From Macrostomum lignano (lineage: Eukaryota): a DNA stretch of 64,000 nt. The notes below the pieces were generated by a model that did no database searches, had not been told where the DNA came from, and saw only the letters and a program-made list of their open reading frames with translations. The stretch spans positions 186,001-250,000 of the forward strand of contig NIVC01000110.1 of the NCBI GenBank assembly GCA_002269645.1. The letters run 5' to 3'. Position numbers and translations under genes: made by a program. Shown in pieces: positions 32,103-44,700 of the stretch (its first letter is position 1; each line of letters begins with the position of its first letter).

Positions 32103-33135
32103 TTATACCGCATATTGTTTGTCAATTAAATATGAGCTGCCTTTGGCTTTGAAAACGAAAAAAGAATTTAAGTTACACCTGAGCGCCATGCCAGTCGGCA
32201 AAGCAGGAGGCTGCGCAAGTCCAGGGTTGCCTTCACATGAGCCGCAGCAGAAGACGGTTTTCTTGGCCTGGCCGTTCCTGTAGCACTGCCTGCACCGCTT
32301 CGTTGGTCGGGCTTGCGCTTCGGTGGCTTCAAAGCGCTTCAGCGCTTGATGATGGTCTCCAGAAACTTTAAAAACTCCAGTGTACGTCCGCACGATCGGT
32401 ACACAACCCAGCCGTTTCTGGCCAGTACAAGAAAAAGGTGCGCGCCGAGCTTTGTGGGCCACTTCTGAGTCCGCCGGCATGGGTTGTATGGCTGCAAGGC
32501 AGAGTCCAGCTTGTCGAAACCACCCATAAATTTGTTGTACGACACATGACTGTCTGTTGCTTCTGCAGGATGACCAGTTCATTTTGCACGATTCGGTGAA
32601 CAAGGTGAAGTCTTGCGTGTCAAGGAAGTAAACTTTCTTTAGGCCCGAGCTCTTCCTGTCAACTATTTTCAACGCTAGCACGTTTCCTTTGCGCATAAAC
32701 GTGCAGCTTGGAGCTTGGTTTCCCTGGATACCACGAAGGCCATCTGGGACACCGCGATCGGCGCGAACTGTGCATGTCAGCAGGGTGAACCGCTGCAGCA
32801 GATACCTCGTACATCGCAAGACGATAAGATCCGAACCAGCTATCACAGAAGACGAGATAACCTAAATCCAATACGCACCTAACTGCCTCAACCAGGACTT
32901 TCTCACTCAGAGACAGCCCCCATGCACCCCCGAGACCTTGACCGAATCGCTCATTCTCAGCTCTACTAGAGTGCACTAAGAAGTTGCTGAAGTAACCGAA
33001 TCTAGCTTTGCAAAGAAAATACAGTTTGATGCCATATCGCGCTTTCTTGGATGGAATATATTGACGAAACATGACGCGACCCCTGAACAGGACTAGCTCT
33101 TCGTCGACACTAATTTCTTTTTCTGGCATGTACAC
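32103..33135 (-). mobile_element. Decayed piggyBac transposase (DDD core plus C-terminal Cys-rich domain)
   Basis: Motifs: YMPEKEISVDEELVLFRGRVMFRQYIPSKKARYGIK, FCDSWF, YNKFMGGFDKLD...Y...RRTQKWP.K, RC..C......T...C..C. Needs frameshifts near 32820 and 32550 and has an in-frame stop near 32345. (GACA)n lies immediately 5' and no TIRs were found. Confidence 0.9.
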
Positions 33136-33153
33136 ACTGTGACATATCTCAGC

Positions 33154-33155
<2 letters not shown>

Positions 33156-33227
<72 letters not shown>
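33156..33227. repeat. (GACA)n microsatellite
   Basis: Direct reading of the sequence. Confidence 0.97.
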
Positions 33228-33964
33228 TTCAGTGACTCCACAAGTGGACTCACACAAGGACTTCACGGGGATCCTGGGAGTGATAGACTGAGTCATGGTC
33301 AACATCAGATCAAACATCAAATTTTCGTTCCTCGCTAATCTTGCTTTTTGCAAATAAAATTAATTGATGTTGACTAAGCATAAGCATAATCATGAGCATA
33401 ATAAGCATAAGCAGCTTAAGAATAACATATTTTACGGTTATTCTGTGTTGGCGCCAATTCAAGTTAACGTGGCAGTAAAACAATTCTCAATTGTGCGCGC
33501 GAATTCAAAATCTTTTAAGAATTGAGTGTAGCAAATTTGTCTAAGAGACTCATCGAGATTGAGATTTAGCTACTTTGTATCCTGAGGCTAAGATGCAATG
33601 CTTTAACCCTGCCATTGCTTTAAAGGCCAGTAAAAGACGAAAAGACCACCCAGAGCAATAAAACTTCGGTAAGGAATGAAAAATTCGTCAATTCTATTCA
33701 ATAAAAGAGTTACAACTCACCCCTCCGAGTCCAGTTGCAATTGTCTGCAGGTGCACACAGCTACACAGAGCCCCAATATGCTCATACTCGTATACATGCT
33801 CATCATTCTCAGCAGTCCGCATTCATTTAAAGTCCGACTCCATCCTCTGCACACATCAGTGTACACTTCGCTTCACAACGGAAGGCGTTCTTCCGTCACT
33901 CGGCAACCGCATTCAGTTTATGCAAATTTAAATTCGAGTTCGCTTTTCATTTTCGCGTCAAAGC

Positions 33965-35930
33965 CCAGTTCGCTCGGCTTGAATCATTTGCAAAAAGCAG
34001 CTGAACGACCCGGCCTTGGAGACAATAAGAGCCAGATCGGGCACACAGTCACTGTGCGGTAAGTGACTGACAAGTCGTGCACTTTTATCGTGCATTTTTG
34101 TTGGGGAATCTCAAGGAACGATCGGGCATCTCAGGGCACATCTCACGGGGGTCATAGCTTCTTTTTTTCAGCGACGTTACCGGCTCACCACGCTCGGATA
34201 TTCAAACTGAATAGGAAAAGTGCTTCACTTGAATAACTTTTTAAGAAGACAATAAGAAAGGCTCGTGTAGAGATGAGGAAAGAGTTGTAAGTGACGCTGC
34301 TTTCTCGTTTTATCCTCTGAGACGCGCCATGGAAGGGACCTCGATGAGGTGTCTCGGCGTTTCTAGACGACTTGAATCAGCCCACCTTTGGGCTCCATTT
34401 CAGTGCATGAGTTCACCTAATTTTCCTTTTTCCCTAATTTTCATTTCCACAGCCATTATATAGTTTGCTCACCTTCAACAAGCTGGTTAAGTGACACAAC
34501 TGAACGATCCGGTCTTGGTGCCAATAAGAGGTTCTGTCGCGTCGAAGGGCGCACAGCGACTGAGCGGTAAGTGACTGACAGCTGGAGCACTCTTATTTTT
34601 GTGCTTCTGTTGCTAAATCTCCTCTGGGGGACAGTTTCAGGTAAAAAATCTCATCGAGCCAAGTTGCATGTGAACGGATATCAGGGAGCCAATTAGTCTC
34701 AAATGAGGGGCCCTCAGGTAGTCAAAGTTGATGGCTTATCAGGGGAACAGTCTAAAAGGGAAGCAATGACTTAGGTGAGGGGATCACAAAGGGAACCAAG
34801 ACACAGTGAGCGGCTCCTAAGGGGATCAAAAGCTTATGTGAGGGATTTCAAGGGGTGTAAAGACTCTTTGAAAATCTCAGGGAATCCTAGGGAGAGCCTT
34901 GTCTCCCTGAGATTGCATCACCTGAGTATTTTCTCCCCTTTAGATCCTCAGTTAAGAATTTGATCCCCTTAAGAGCATTCATTCTGTCTTGGTAACCTTT
35001 GAGATCCCCTCACCCGTGTCTTTGATCCATATGTGCACTTCAACTTTGCTTTGGTTTTCTTTAAAGATTCCTCACTTGAGCCTCTGCTGTTCTTGACATC
35101 CTCATCCCCTCACTTGAGCCTCTGCTGTTCTTGACATCCTCATCCCCTCACTTGAGCCTCTGCTGTTCTTGACATCCTCATCCCCTCACTTGAGCCTCTG
35201 CTGTTCTTGACATCCTCATCCCCTCACTTGAGCCTCTGCTGTTCTTGAAATCCTTATCCCCTCACTTGAGCCTCTGCTCTTCTTGACATCCTCATCCCCT
35301 CACTTGAGCCACTGCTCTTCTTGACATCCTCATCCCCTCACTTGAGCCTCTGCTGTTCTTGACATCCTCATCCCCTCACTTGAGCCTCTGCTGTTCTTGA
35401 CATCCTCATCCCCTCACTTGAGCCTCTGCTGTTCTTGACATCCTTATCCCCTCACTTGAGCCTCTGCTCTTCTTCACATCCTCAAGGACTACTTAAGTAT
35501 ATACGTTGCTTTAGTTGTCCTTGGACGTCTTTCTTCTTGAAAAATTCATAATTCAACATTGAATTCAAATCAAAACTACACGTTTCCACTGATTACGTAC
35601 AAAAGTGTATCATTTCTGAAACTCAGCGGCAACGTCAAATCGTGCCAATTTAAATTCTCACCGTAACTTTCTTTTTTACACACAGCAGCTGAAGTTTTCT
35701 CGCCTTCAATAAGCTGGTGACACAACTAAACGCGGTCTCGGTGCCAACAAGAGCCTTCTATCGCCCCCAGGGCGCACAGCGACTGTACTGTAAGTGACTG
35801 ACAGCTGCTGTGCTCTTATTTTGACATTTCTTTTGGCGAATTTCCAGTGGGGACAGTTTCAGGTGTAAAAATCTCATGGAGTCAAGTCTTAGGTGGTGGA
35901 ACGTCAGGGAGCGGAATCTCAAGAGGAGCA
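33965..35930 (+). other. Three dispersed homologous exon-like modules (probably non-coding/5'UTR exons)
   Basis: Copies at about 33965-34130, 34452-34720 and 35686-35930 share CTGAACG..CCGG.CTTGG.G.CAATAAGAG...GGGC.CACAG..ACTG..CG|GTAAGTGACTGACA. Copies 2 and 3 are preceded by polypyrimidine-CAG acceptors. Confidence 0.6.
35071..35485. repeat. 38-bp minisatellite
   Basis: Unit CTCACTTGAGCCTCTGCTGTTCTTGACATCCTCATCCC, about 11 copies (starts at 35071, 35109, 35147 and so on). Confidence 0.95.
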
Positions 35931-36909
35931 GTCTTAGTAGGTGCGGGGATTTCAAGGGGAGCTAAGACTGAAGTGAAGGGATATCAAGAGGAGCAAAAGT
36001 CTCAATTGACAGGATCTAAGGGACTAAAGACTAAACACGGGACTAAAGACGGGATCTAAAGACTCAGATGAGGGAATGTCAAGGGGAGTAGAGACTCAGT
36101 GAGGAAACACAAGAAGAGCAATGACTCAGATAAGGGAATCTCTATATAGTAGAGCGAAGAAACGGATGAGGGGATCTTAGGAGAGCAAAGACTCAGGTGA
36201 TGGGACATCAGGGAGCAAAGTCTAAGGTAGGAGACCAAAGACTCAAATGAGGGGATGTTAAGGGTAGCAAAGAAGCAGGTGAGGGGTATCAAGGGGTACT
36301 ATCAGGAGGCAAACAATGCCACCAGTTACCCAATATTTAGGTTGTAGCAATTGAAGCAAAATAAAGACATGCTAACAATTGCTTGTACACCTTTTTTCGA
36401 TGCAAGCATAGGAAAGGCTTAGGTGTTGAATTTATTTCAACGTAAGGCCTTTCATTTTGAACCAATTTACCGTGACGGATAAATGACCGTGAGAGGTTTT
36501 TATGATCACTTATTCGCTTAAAATATACTAAAAAATAAACAAAGTTCAAATGCAAAGAAAAAAGAAAAGCGAAACCTCTTCATCGCGTTTGCTTAACCAC
36601 TCAGCCCTATTTTTTCTGTCCTGGTTCGGGGCATGTCCGGTTCGTCTGCGTCATCTGCGTCAATCAGTGCGGCCCCCTGGCCTATCACGTATTCTCTACC
36701 CTGCGCTTGTCCTGATTGGCTGTTGAAAGGATCAAGTTATGGTGGTTTGGTAGGGGCGGATCCAGGGGGTGGGGGAAGAGGGCCATGCCCCCCCTCAGCC
36801 GTGGCCAAAAAAAATTTAGCCATACTTTCTTGGCCGGTAACTTTTTTGGCCAAGGTCTATTTTTTAATGTTTGGTTGTAGTTGCTTGGTATACATGTATC
36901 TTGCTCCCC

Positions 36910-38480
36910 AGACCTCTGATTACACAGACCTCTGATTACACAGGCCTCTGATTACACAGGCCTCTGATTACACAGACCTCTGATTACGAGCTACACAGAC
37001 ATCTGATTACGAGCTACACAGACCTCTGATTACACAGACCTCTGATTACACAGACCTCTGATTACACAGGCCTCTGATTACACAGACCTCTGATTACACA
37101 GGCCTCTGATTACACAGGCCTCTGATTACACAGGCCTCTGATTACACAGGCCTCTGATTACACAGGCCTCTGATTACACAGGCCTCTGATTACACAGGCC
37201 TCTGATTACACAGGCCTCTGATTACACAGGCCTCTGATTACACAGGCCTCTGATTACACAGGCCTCTGATTACACAGGCCTCTGATTACACAGGCCTCTG
37301 ATTACACAGACCTCTGATTACACAGGCCTCTGATTACACAGGCCTCTGATTACACAGGCCTCTGATTACACAGTCCTCTGATTACACAGACCTCTGATCA
37401 CACAGGCCTCTGATTACACAGGCCTCTGATTACACAGACCTCTGATTACACAGGCCTCTGATTACACAGACCTCTGATTACACAGGCCTCTGATTACACA
37501 GGCCTCTGATTACACAGGCCTCTGATTACACAGGCCTCTGATTACACAGGCCTCTGATTACACAGGCCTCTGATTACACAGGCCTCTGATTACACAGGCC
37601 TCTGATTACACAGGCCTCTGATTACACAGGCCTCTGATTACACAGGCCTCTGATTACACAGGCCTCTGATTACACAGGCCTCTGATTACACAGGCCTCTG
37701 ATTACACAGGCCTCTGATTACACAGGCCTCTGATTACACAGGCCTCTGATTACACAGGCCTCTGATTACACAGGCCTCTGATTACACAGGCCTCTGATTA
37801 CACAGGCCTCTGATTACACAGGCCTCTGATTACACAGGCCTCTGATTACACAGGCCTCTGATTACGAGCTACACAGACATCTGATTACGAGCTACACAGA
37901 CATCTGATTACGAGCTACACAGACCTCTGATTACACAGACCTCTGATTACACAGACCTCTGATTACACAGACCTCTGATTACACAGGCCTCTGATTACAC
38001 AGGCCTCTGATTACACAGGCCTCTGATTACACAGGTCTCTGATTACACAGACCTCTGATTACACAGACCTCTGATTACACAGACCTCTGATTACACAGAC
38101 CTCTGATCACACAGGCCTCTGATTACACAGGCCTCTGATTACACAGGCCTCTGATTACACAGGCCTCTGATTACACAGGCCTCTGATTACACAGGCCTCT
38201 GATTACACAGGCCTCTGATTACACAGGCCTCTGATTACGAGCTACACAGACATCTGATTACGAGCTACACAGACATCTGATTACGAGCTACACAGACCTC
38301 TGATTACACAGACCTCTGATTACACAGACCTCTGATTACACAGACCTCTGATTACACAGACCTCTGATTACACAGACCTCTGATTACACAGACCTCTGAT
38401 TACACAGTCCTCTGATTACACAGACCTCTGATTACACAGACCTCTGATTACACAGACCTCTGATTACACAGGCCTCTAAT
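36910..38480. repeat. 16-bp minisatellite, about 1.6 kb
   Basis: Unit CCTCTGATTACACAG(G/A), about 95 copies with occasional GAGCTACAC inserts. Confidence 0.97.
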
Positions 38481-39329
38481 TACAGGTCCCTCGATCTGAG
38501 TGAAAGAATTTTAAAGTACATGTAGCCTTCTGGCCTGAGGGTATATCGTCTCCTCTTGTTGCAAAGATGCCTATGATAGTCTCCGGTCTGCTGAAGAGGA
38601 CCCCCGACCACGGAGGCTGCCACCACCCCTTCTGAGCAGACGTACCGTCATTCCTGTAGCGACTTCTGCCCTCCTTCAGTTCACCTACCTTGCACTCAGT
38701 CCATTACGAGCTAGTCTGTCGGCCCGTGCTGTCTCATCTCGTGTCGACTTGGCCCGTGCTGTCTCATCTACTTGTCGCTCACCGTCTACTGGGGGTGCGT
38801 CCAGAAGTGTCGTCCGGTCTTCCCAGTTCCAATTCTCTGCCAGGGGCGCTTCAGGGCACAGCTCGCCGGATCGTCTCATTCATTCGTCATTCGAAATTTA
38901 TCTCTTTCCATCATACTCACAATGTAAGAAATTAATTTTTTAAATTAGGGGGTGGGCCGTCCGTCTTGCATAATTATCATATCATTGCATAATGTTACGG
39001 TTGATTCAATTTGACCCAATTCACATACTGTAATACTCGTTGCTAATGTAATATGCAACATGCTCTTTTTGTTTATTGCGTTCCCCAATCCTCAAATATA
39101 CTCAAAAAGATGTTCCGTGTTTGGAGATTGTGTAGCGACTTCAGTTCACCAATCACCTACCTTGTACTTGCTAGACTACTAAGAGTGGCCTCAGGGAATT
39201 TGAACTCTGATGATCAGATGATCAATGTGAGTTGGGTCCTGTATCCAGGCCCCTTAAAATAGATAGTTCAGGCCTTCTAATGCTGAAAGATCTATATTAA
39301 TAATAATAATACCAATCCATTCGCTAACC

Positions 39330-41100
39330 GTCGAACTACCAAGGGGGATCGGGTAATCCGTCTCTGGTGTCTGGTGTCATCTGTTGAAGAAGCCGACGGC
39401 GTCCTTAGGAGACTAGCTGAGGATGTCTAGCAGTTGAATTTTGCTCACTGCCGAGGCTGGAAGACAACCCACAGCAAACAGTTTGTCACCAGTTCGCTGT
39501 GTAATGATCCGGCGGTTGGCGTTGTCTGCCTGAACATCTGCCCCTCAACACCCGAAAAATGTCTACCTCTGCAGAAGCGTTGGCCCCTGGAACTGGTCAG
39601 GTTTCCGTCCATTTTGGCCCGCTTCGCCTCGTTAAATCGGCGGCGGGCAGCTCCAGAGGTGGTGCTCAGCCGTCTATTGGTAGCTGGAGTGGCAGATCGC
39701 AGAGGCACCGCTCAGAGTTTGCTCCATGGGTCTCGCCGGGGCGTCCCCGATGAAAGCAGATCGTATGGCTGCGGAGTCCACAGCTCCGATCGAGGCCGGA
39801 GACACTGTGTCGTTCGCAGCCGGTAGATTACTTCGGCTAGAAGCCATTAACTTGAACTGGAAAAGTTGGGACTTCCAGCAGAGCACAGGCAAAGAGCCGC
39901 AAGGCGGCAACCCCAAACCAAGCAGCGGGACACAAGGGCCTAGGGAAAATTGTTGGCGACCAGACTACTCCTCGGCCAAGCGTCCATTATAGCGGAGTTA
40001 CACTTGAACCTTAGAGGGTGAGTTTATTGTAAAATCCGAACCTCTGCGTCAAAGAAGCTGCTCATCAAGACACAGGAATCCTACCTTAACACCCACGGGA
40101 CGAGTACACTTCGAAGTGCGCCTAGCAAGGTGAAAAACGGAATACGAGGTCTCTTGAGCCATCATCTCACCAAAACAGGGCAGGTGTGAGCATCGCTGGC
40201 TAGGAAAGAGGCCAAAGCAGACTCATAATGCACAGATACAGTTCTTAACCACGCGATTACACACAAGTGCAGGTGCTGAGATCCTGGGGCCAACAGCCCC
40301 GGCTTCGATGACGCCATGCCGATCCCTTTGCTCCAGCTTCTCAGCCACCTGCCTCCTTAAAGTGTGTGCAACGCGACGTGGTACGTCGCTGATGGGACAC
40401 GCGCATTCGTCCAGCACGATCTGGGTCGATGGCTTTATCATTCTTATTCTTGTCTCGAAAGTGCTGATGCTTTGGTTGCAGAACAGCATGACTGGGCTGT
40501 AACTCAAGTCTTCCTCGGTTTCATTTAAACCGAAATCTCTCCTCTGGTCGAGACACCACGAACACGCGGCAGGGCAGTACTTGGGTTCTGTCGTTGCACT
40601 CTTGCGATGACTCAAAAAACTCTTTGCCTGCTGTAACTTCGTCGCCACGTTCACGACCTTCGTTGACCTCGGCGGTACCACGACGGCGCTCTGACCTCTG
40701 GAAATGAGCACAGGAGCGCTAAGCGGTAGGACCGGTACATCACGTTTGCGTTCGATGTCGCTAAACGCAGCGGACACGCCATTGGATGCAATCATCTTTG
40801 CAGACTCGACAGTGCTGGTTGATCTGACCGCCTTGCCTTCGAAGTCCATCCGTAGGATGAAATCTGAGCGAATCCCCTTCAGTTCAACTGTCTGCGCAGC
40901 TGGTTTCCAAGTTACACCGTAATATTGCACTTCTGAGCAGCTCGAGAGCGGAGACGTCCATCGACAGGCCTAACGTCTGCTGGTTGTAGTTCACAAGGAC
41001 CACCCAGCTCTCTCAATGCAACGTCGATGATCTGCACTCCAGTGTCCAGCATCCACCGGCACGAATTGCTGTACGACTCTTTCGATATAAAATCACACGA
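39330..41100 (-). mobile_element. Heavily decayed Gypsy-like LTR retrotransposon pol remnant
   Basis: 'PISDVPRRVAHTLRRQVAEKLEQRDRHGVIEAG...SAPALV' resembles the Gypsy RT N-terminus. A VDAG protease-like motif lies near 41050, and faint integrase-like segments at about 39600-39900. Many stops and frameshifts; no LTRs seen. Confidence 0.6.
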
Positions 41101-41782
41101 AGCACGGATTGCACCTGCGGATTGGTGTAGGTCATGCTTCTGTCACACCAACTCATAGAAGTCCCCCGGAGTCTTTAATAGGCAGAGGTCTTGTGCTCTC
41201 TATTAAAAATCGAACCGCTGCCACCAAACATTAACTGTGCCCCATTATAGATAACTTTAAAAAAATAAATTTGCGCATGTTTTATTCCCAATTGCTAACA
41301 CCAATTGTTCAAATGCGATTATTAGCCAAGTCCTCTCGCTCCATCTATCAGACGTTAACGTATTAATCTCAAGCACAAATAAAATTCTGCGTCACACTCT
41401 AAAACTAAGTACAGTCTTCGCTGCTGAAACTTTTTTCTTCTACCCCTCTAAAAGTACTCGATTTTTCTCATTCTACTGTCCAGTGCAGTCTTTTTGAAAG
41501 TTTCAATGGGTTTATTCCCGCTGGCGCAAAGTGGTTTACTCTTGTGAGTTATTTGGTTAAGTCGAATATAGTATTCAAACCATTTTCTTTAGCAAACAAA
41601 CAAATAGTCAAGTCATAAATCAAAAACGCTTTGTAAAATTACATTTTGCTGATATGTTTATTAAAAGAATTGTAAATTTGTCTGGAATTCACTGAAAATT
41701 TCCCAATTGTCACATTTCAGAGCACCAACAAGAGTCCTCAGAAAAAATTGTCGAACCTGAAATCATCAATTGACAGACTCCA

Positions 41783-44700
41783 ATGGACCAAGTATTTAGT
41801 TCCACTACATCCATCGACGAAGGTACAGAGTTTCTGTCACGCATTGCCACTGAGGAGGACAAGCAGCAGTTCTTTGCTCTGAGCAAAGACGGGAGTAGTG
41901 CTGTTAGCAATGCTTTTGAAAAGCTCGATTTAAACACACTAAAAAACGTTACTGAAAAGCTCGGTCTGCAGCAGTGCCTAGCTGATAAAACTGCTAAAAA
42001 TCAAAGTGTCTTGCACAGAGCAGCTTTCAATACCACGAATCCACAAGTGTTTCTGTGGCTCACTTCCATTGTTGGGGACAAGCAGCAGTTCTTCGCTCGA
42101 GACAGTGACGGCGTCAGTGCTGTTAGCAATGCATTTTCTGAGCTGGATTTAGAGACACTACAGCAAGTGACTAAAATTTTTGGTCTTCCGCAATGCCTAG
42201 CTACAAAAACTGCTAAAAATGAAAGTGTCTTGCATAGGGCAGCTTTCAACGCGGAAAACCCAGCAGTGTTTCTGTGGCTCAGTTCCATTGTCGAGGACAA
42301 GCAGCAGTTCTTTGCTCTGGACAATTACGGGTACAGTGCTGTTAGCATTGCATTTTCTACTCTAGATTTAGCCACTTTAACAAAAGTGACTGAGAAGCTT
42401 GGTCTTCAGCAATGCCTGTCTGCAAAAACTGCTAAAAATCAAAGTGTCTTGCACAGAGCAGCTTTCCGGAAGGCTAATCCAGAAGTGTTTCTGTGGCTCA
42501 TTGACATTGTCGAGGACAAGCAGCAGTTCTTTGCTCAGGACTATGGCGGCTTCATGGCTGTTAGCATTGCATTTGAGAAGCTGGATTTGATCACATTAAA
42601 AAAAGTGACTGACAAGCTTGGTCTGCAACAGTGTCTGGCAGCAAAAACTGCAAAAAATGAAAGTGTCTTGTACAGAGCAGCTTTAAATGCTGCGAATCCG
42701 GCAGTGCTTTTGTGGCTCCTTTCCATTGTTAAGGACAAGCAGCAGTTCTTTTTTTTGAACGATCATGGGTACAGCGCTGTTAGCGCTGCGTTTTTGAAGT
42801 TAGATTTAGACACATTAAAACAAGTGACTGAGAAGCTCGGTCTGCAGCAGTGCCTGGCTGCAAAAACTGCTAAAAAACAAAGTGTCTTGCACAGGGCAGC
42901 TTTCAACACGAAGAATCCGGCAGTGTTTCTGTGGCTCATTGACATTGTCGAGGACAAGCAGCAGTTTTTTGTTCTGGACGATTTCGGATACAGCGCTGTT
43001 AGCGATGCATTTTCTTTTCTAGATTTAGACACATTAGAACAAGTGACCAAAAAGCTCGGTCTTCAGCAATGCCTGGCTGCTAAAACAGCTAAAAACGATA
43101 GCGTCTTGCACAGGGCAGCTTTTAACACGGCGAAACCGTCAGTGTTTCTGTGGCTGATTGCCATTGTTGAGGACAAGCAGCAGTTTTTTGTTCTGGACGA
43201 TTTCGGATACAGCGCTGTTAGCGATGCATTTTCTTTTCTAGATTTAGACACACTAAAAGAAGTGACCAAAAAGCTTGGTCTGCAGCAGTGCCTGTCTGCA
43301 AAAACTGCTAAAAAACAAAGTGTCTTGCACAGGGCAGCTTTCAACACGAAGAATCCGGCAGTGTTTCAGTGGCTCACTTCCATTGTCGAGGACAAGCAGG
43401 AGTTCTTTAATCGTGATATTGATGGGAATAATGCTTTGCATATCGCTTTTCGCCATCAAAATACGACAACACTGAATTACCCAATCGAGAAATTTGAGTT
43501 GACAAAATGTCTGACTATTGATAATCATCTGCAGCAAACCCAATTTTATCTTTCTGCTGTCAATTGTACTCATCCAGATGTTTTTCGATGGCTATTGGAT
43601 CGAGTCCAAAATAAGGATCGACACGTTTTGTTTGATTTTTTTAAAACGGACTCTGAAGGCAATAGTATGTTACACGCAGTGTTCATAAATCTGAACCCGT
43701 TCTGTGATTCAGATGGATTACAGCTACTCATCGATCGCATAAAATGTCTTGTTGATAATGGCGTTGATCCTGCAGCTGAAAACAAGCAGAAGCATAATTG
43801 TTTTTTTGCTTCAGTGGCCAGTGAAATAAACTTGAAAGAAGCTTTGGACGCTCTTATGACGTCTTCTCTTGCAAAGGTTTTTAAAAGCCTCCAAAGAAAC
43901 TCGGAAGGTATGCACGTGACTCACGTTTTTTGCACAAAGTACGAGCTTCCGATGATTGCAGACGAGTTAAGCAGGCTTTGTGGTCTCAGTCTTGAAAAAC
44001 TTTTAGATGTTCGAGTCGCCACCGGTCCATTTAAAGAGGCGAAATGTTTGCACTTTGCCTGCGAATGTGGCAAAAAAGAAAACATCAAATATCTTCTAAA
44101 GCATGATGCGAAACTGGAGGATGAGACGGCAGCTGGGCAGACGTGCGTAGATTTTGCCTGCAACAAGGAGATGCTCGAAGTTCTTTTTGAGCTAGCAGAT
44201 GACATCAATGAAATTCCAAAAGAGAAGTCATTTACCCTTAGAGAACTGCTCAAGTTAGTGGATGTTGCAAAGAGGGCACTCAAACTTCCTGACAAACAGA
44301 GTGCACGGAATTACTTGACTCAGTTCAACGACTCCTCGCTCAAGGCTAGCATTGAAGATGACATGAAAAAAGGACAAGAAGCTGGCATGATGCCAAAGTC
44401 TGAAGAATCTGCAGAAGTTCAGATGCTGTTCAGAGCCTTCGAGCTGGATTCAACGGAAATGCTGCGCAGCTTGATCAGTTTGGGCTTTGCCATCGATGAG
44501 ATTGATGAGCAGTTTTCTCTTCATATTTTAACCCAGATTCGTAAAAACCAGCAAGGTTCAAAGTCTCCCATAATAGCGACTCTGCAGCAGTTTTTCTCAG
44601 AGCGAGACAGAAATTCAAAAACCCTAGTGCTTATGGAATATGCTATACTGCTCGAGAAACCAAAGCTTTTAACCGACCTCATGCTGCTGCCTCAATTCGA

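Noticed and set aside
29750-33620. TTAACCCT sites at about 29756 and 33603 as piggyBac ends
   Set aside because: Both are in the same orientation and no matching inverted partner was found.
33965-35930. Spliced-leader RNA genes as an explanation of the triplicated GTAAGT modules
   Set aside because: Flatworm SL exons end in ATG before the donor. These end in GCG or ACT, have upstream acceptors, and show no clear Sm site.
35071-38480. CRISPR-like appearance of the regular 38-bp and other arrays
   Set aside because: Units are head-to-tail with no unique spacers, there are no cas genes, and the context is eukaryotic.
42001-44295. Minus-strand ORFs over the TRP gene, and similar shadows over the lectin, PAQR3 and nardilysin exons
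   Set aside because: Antisense or alternate-frame shadows of real coding sequence.
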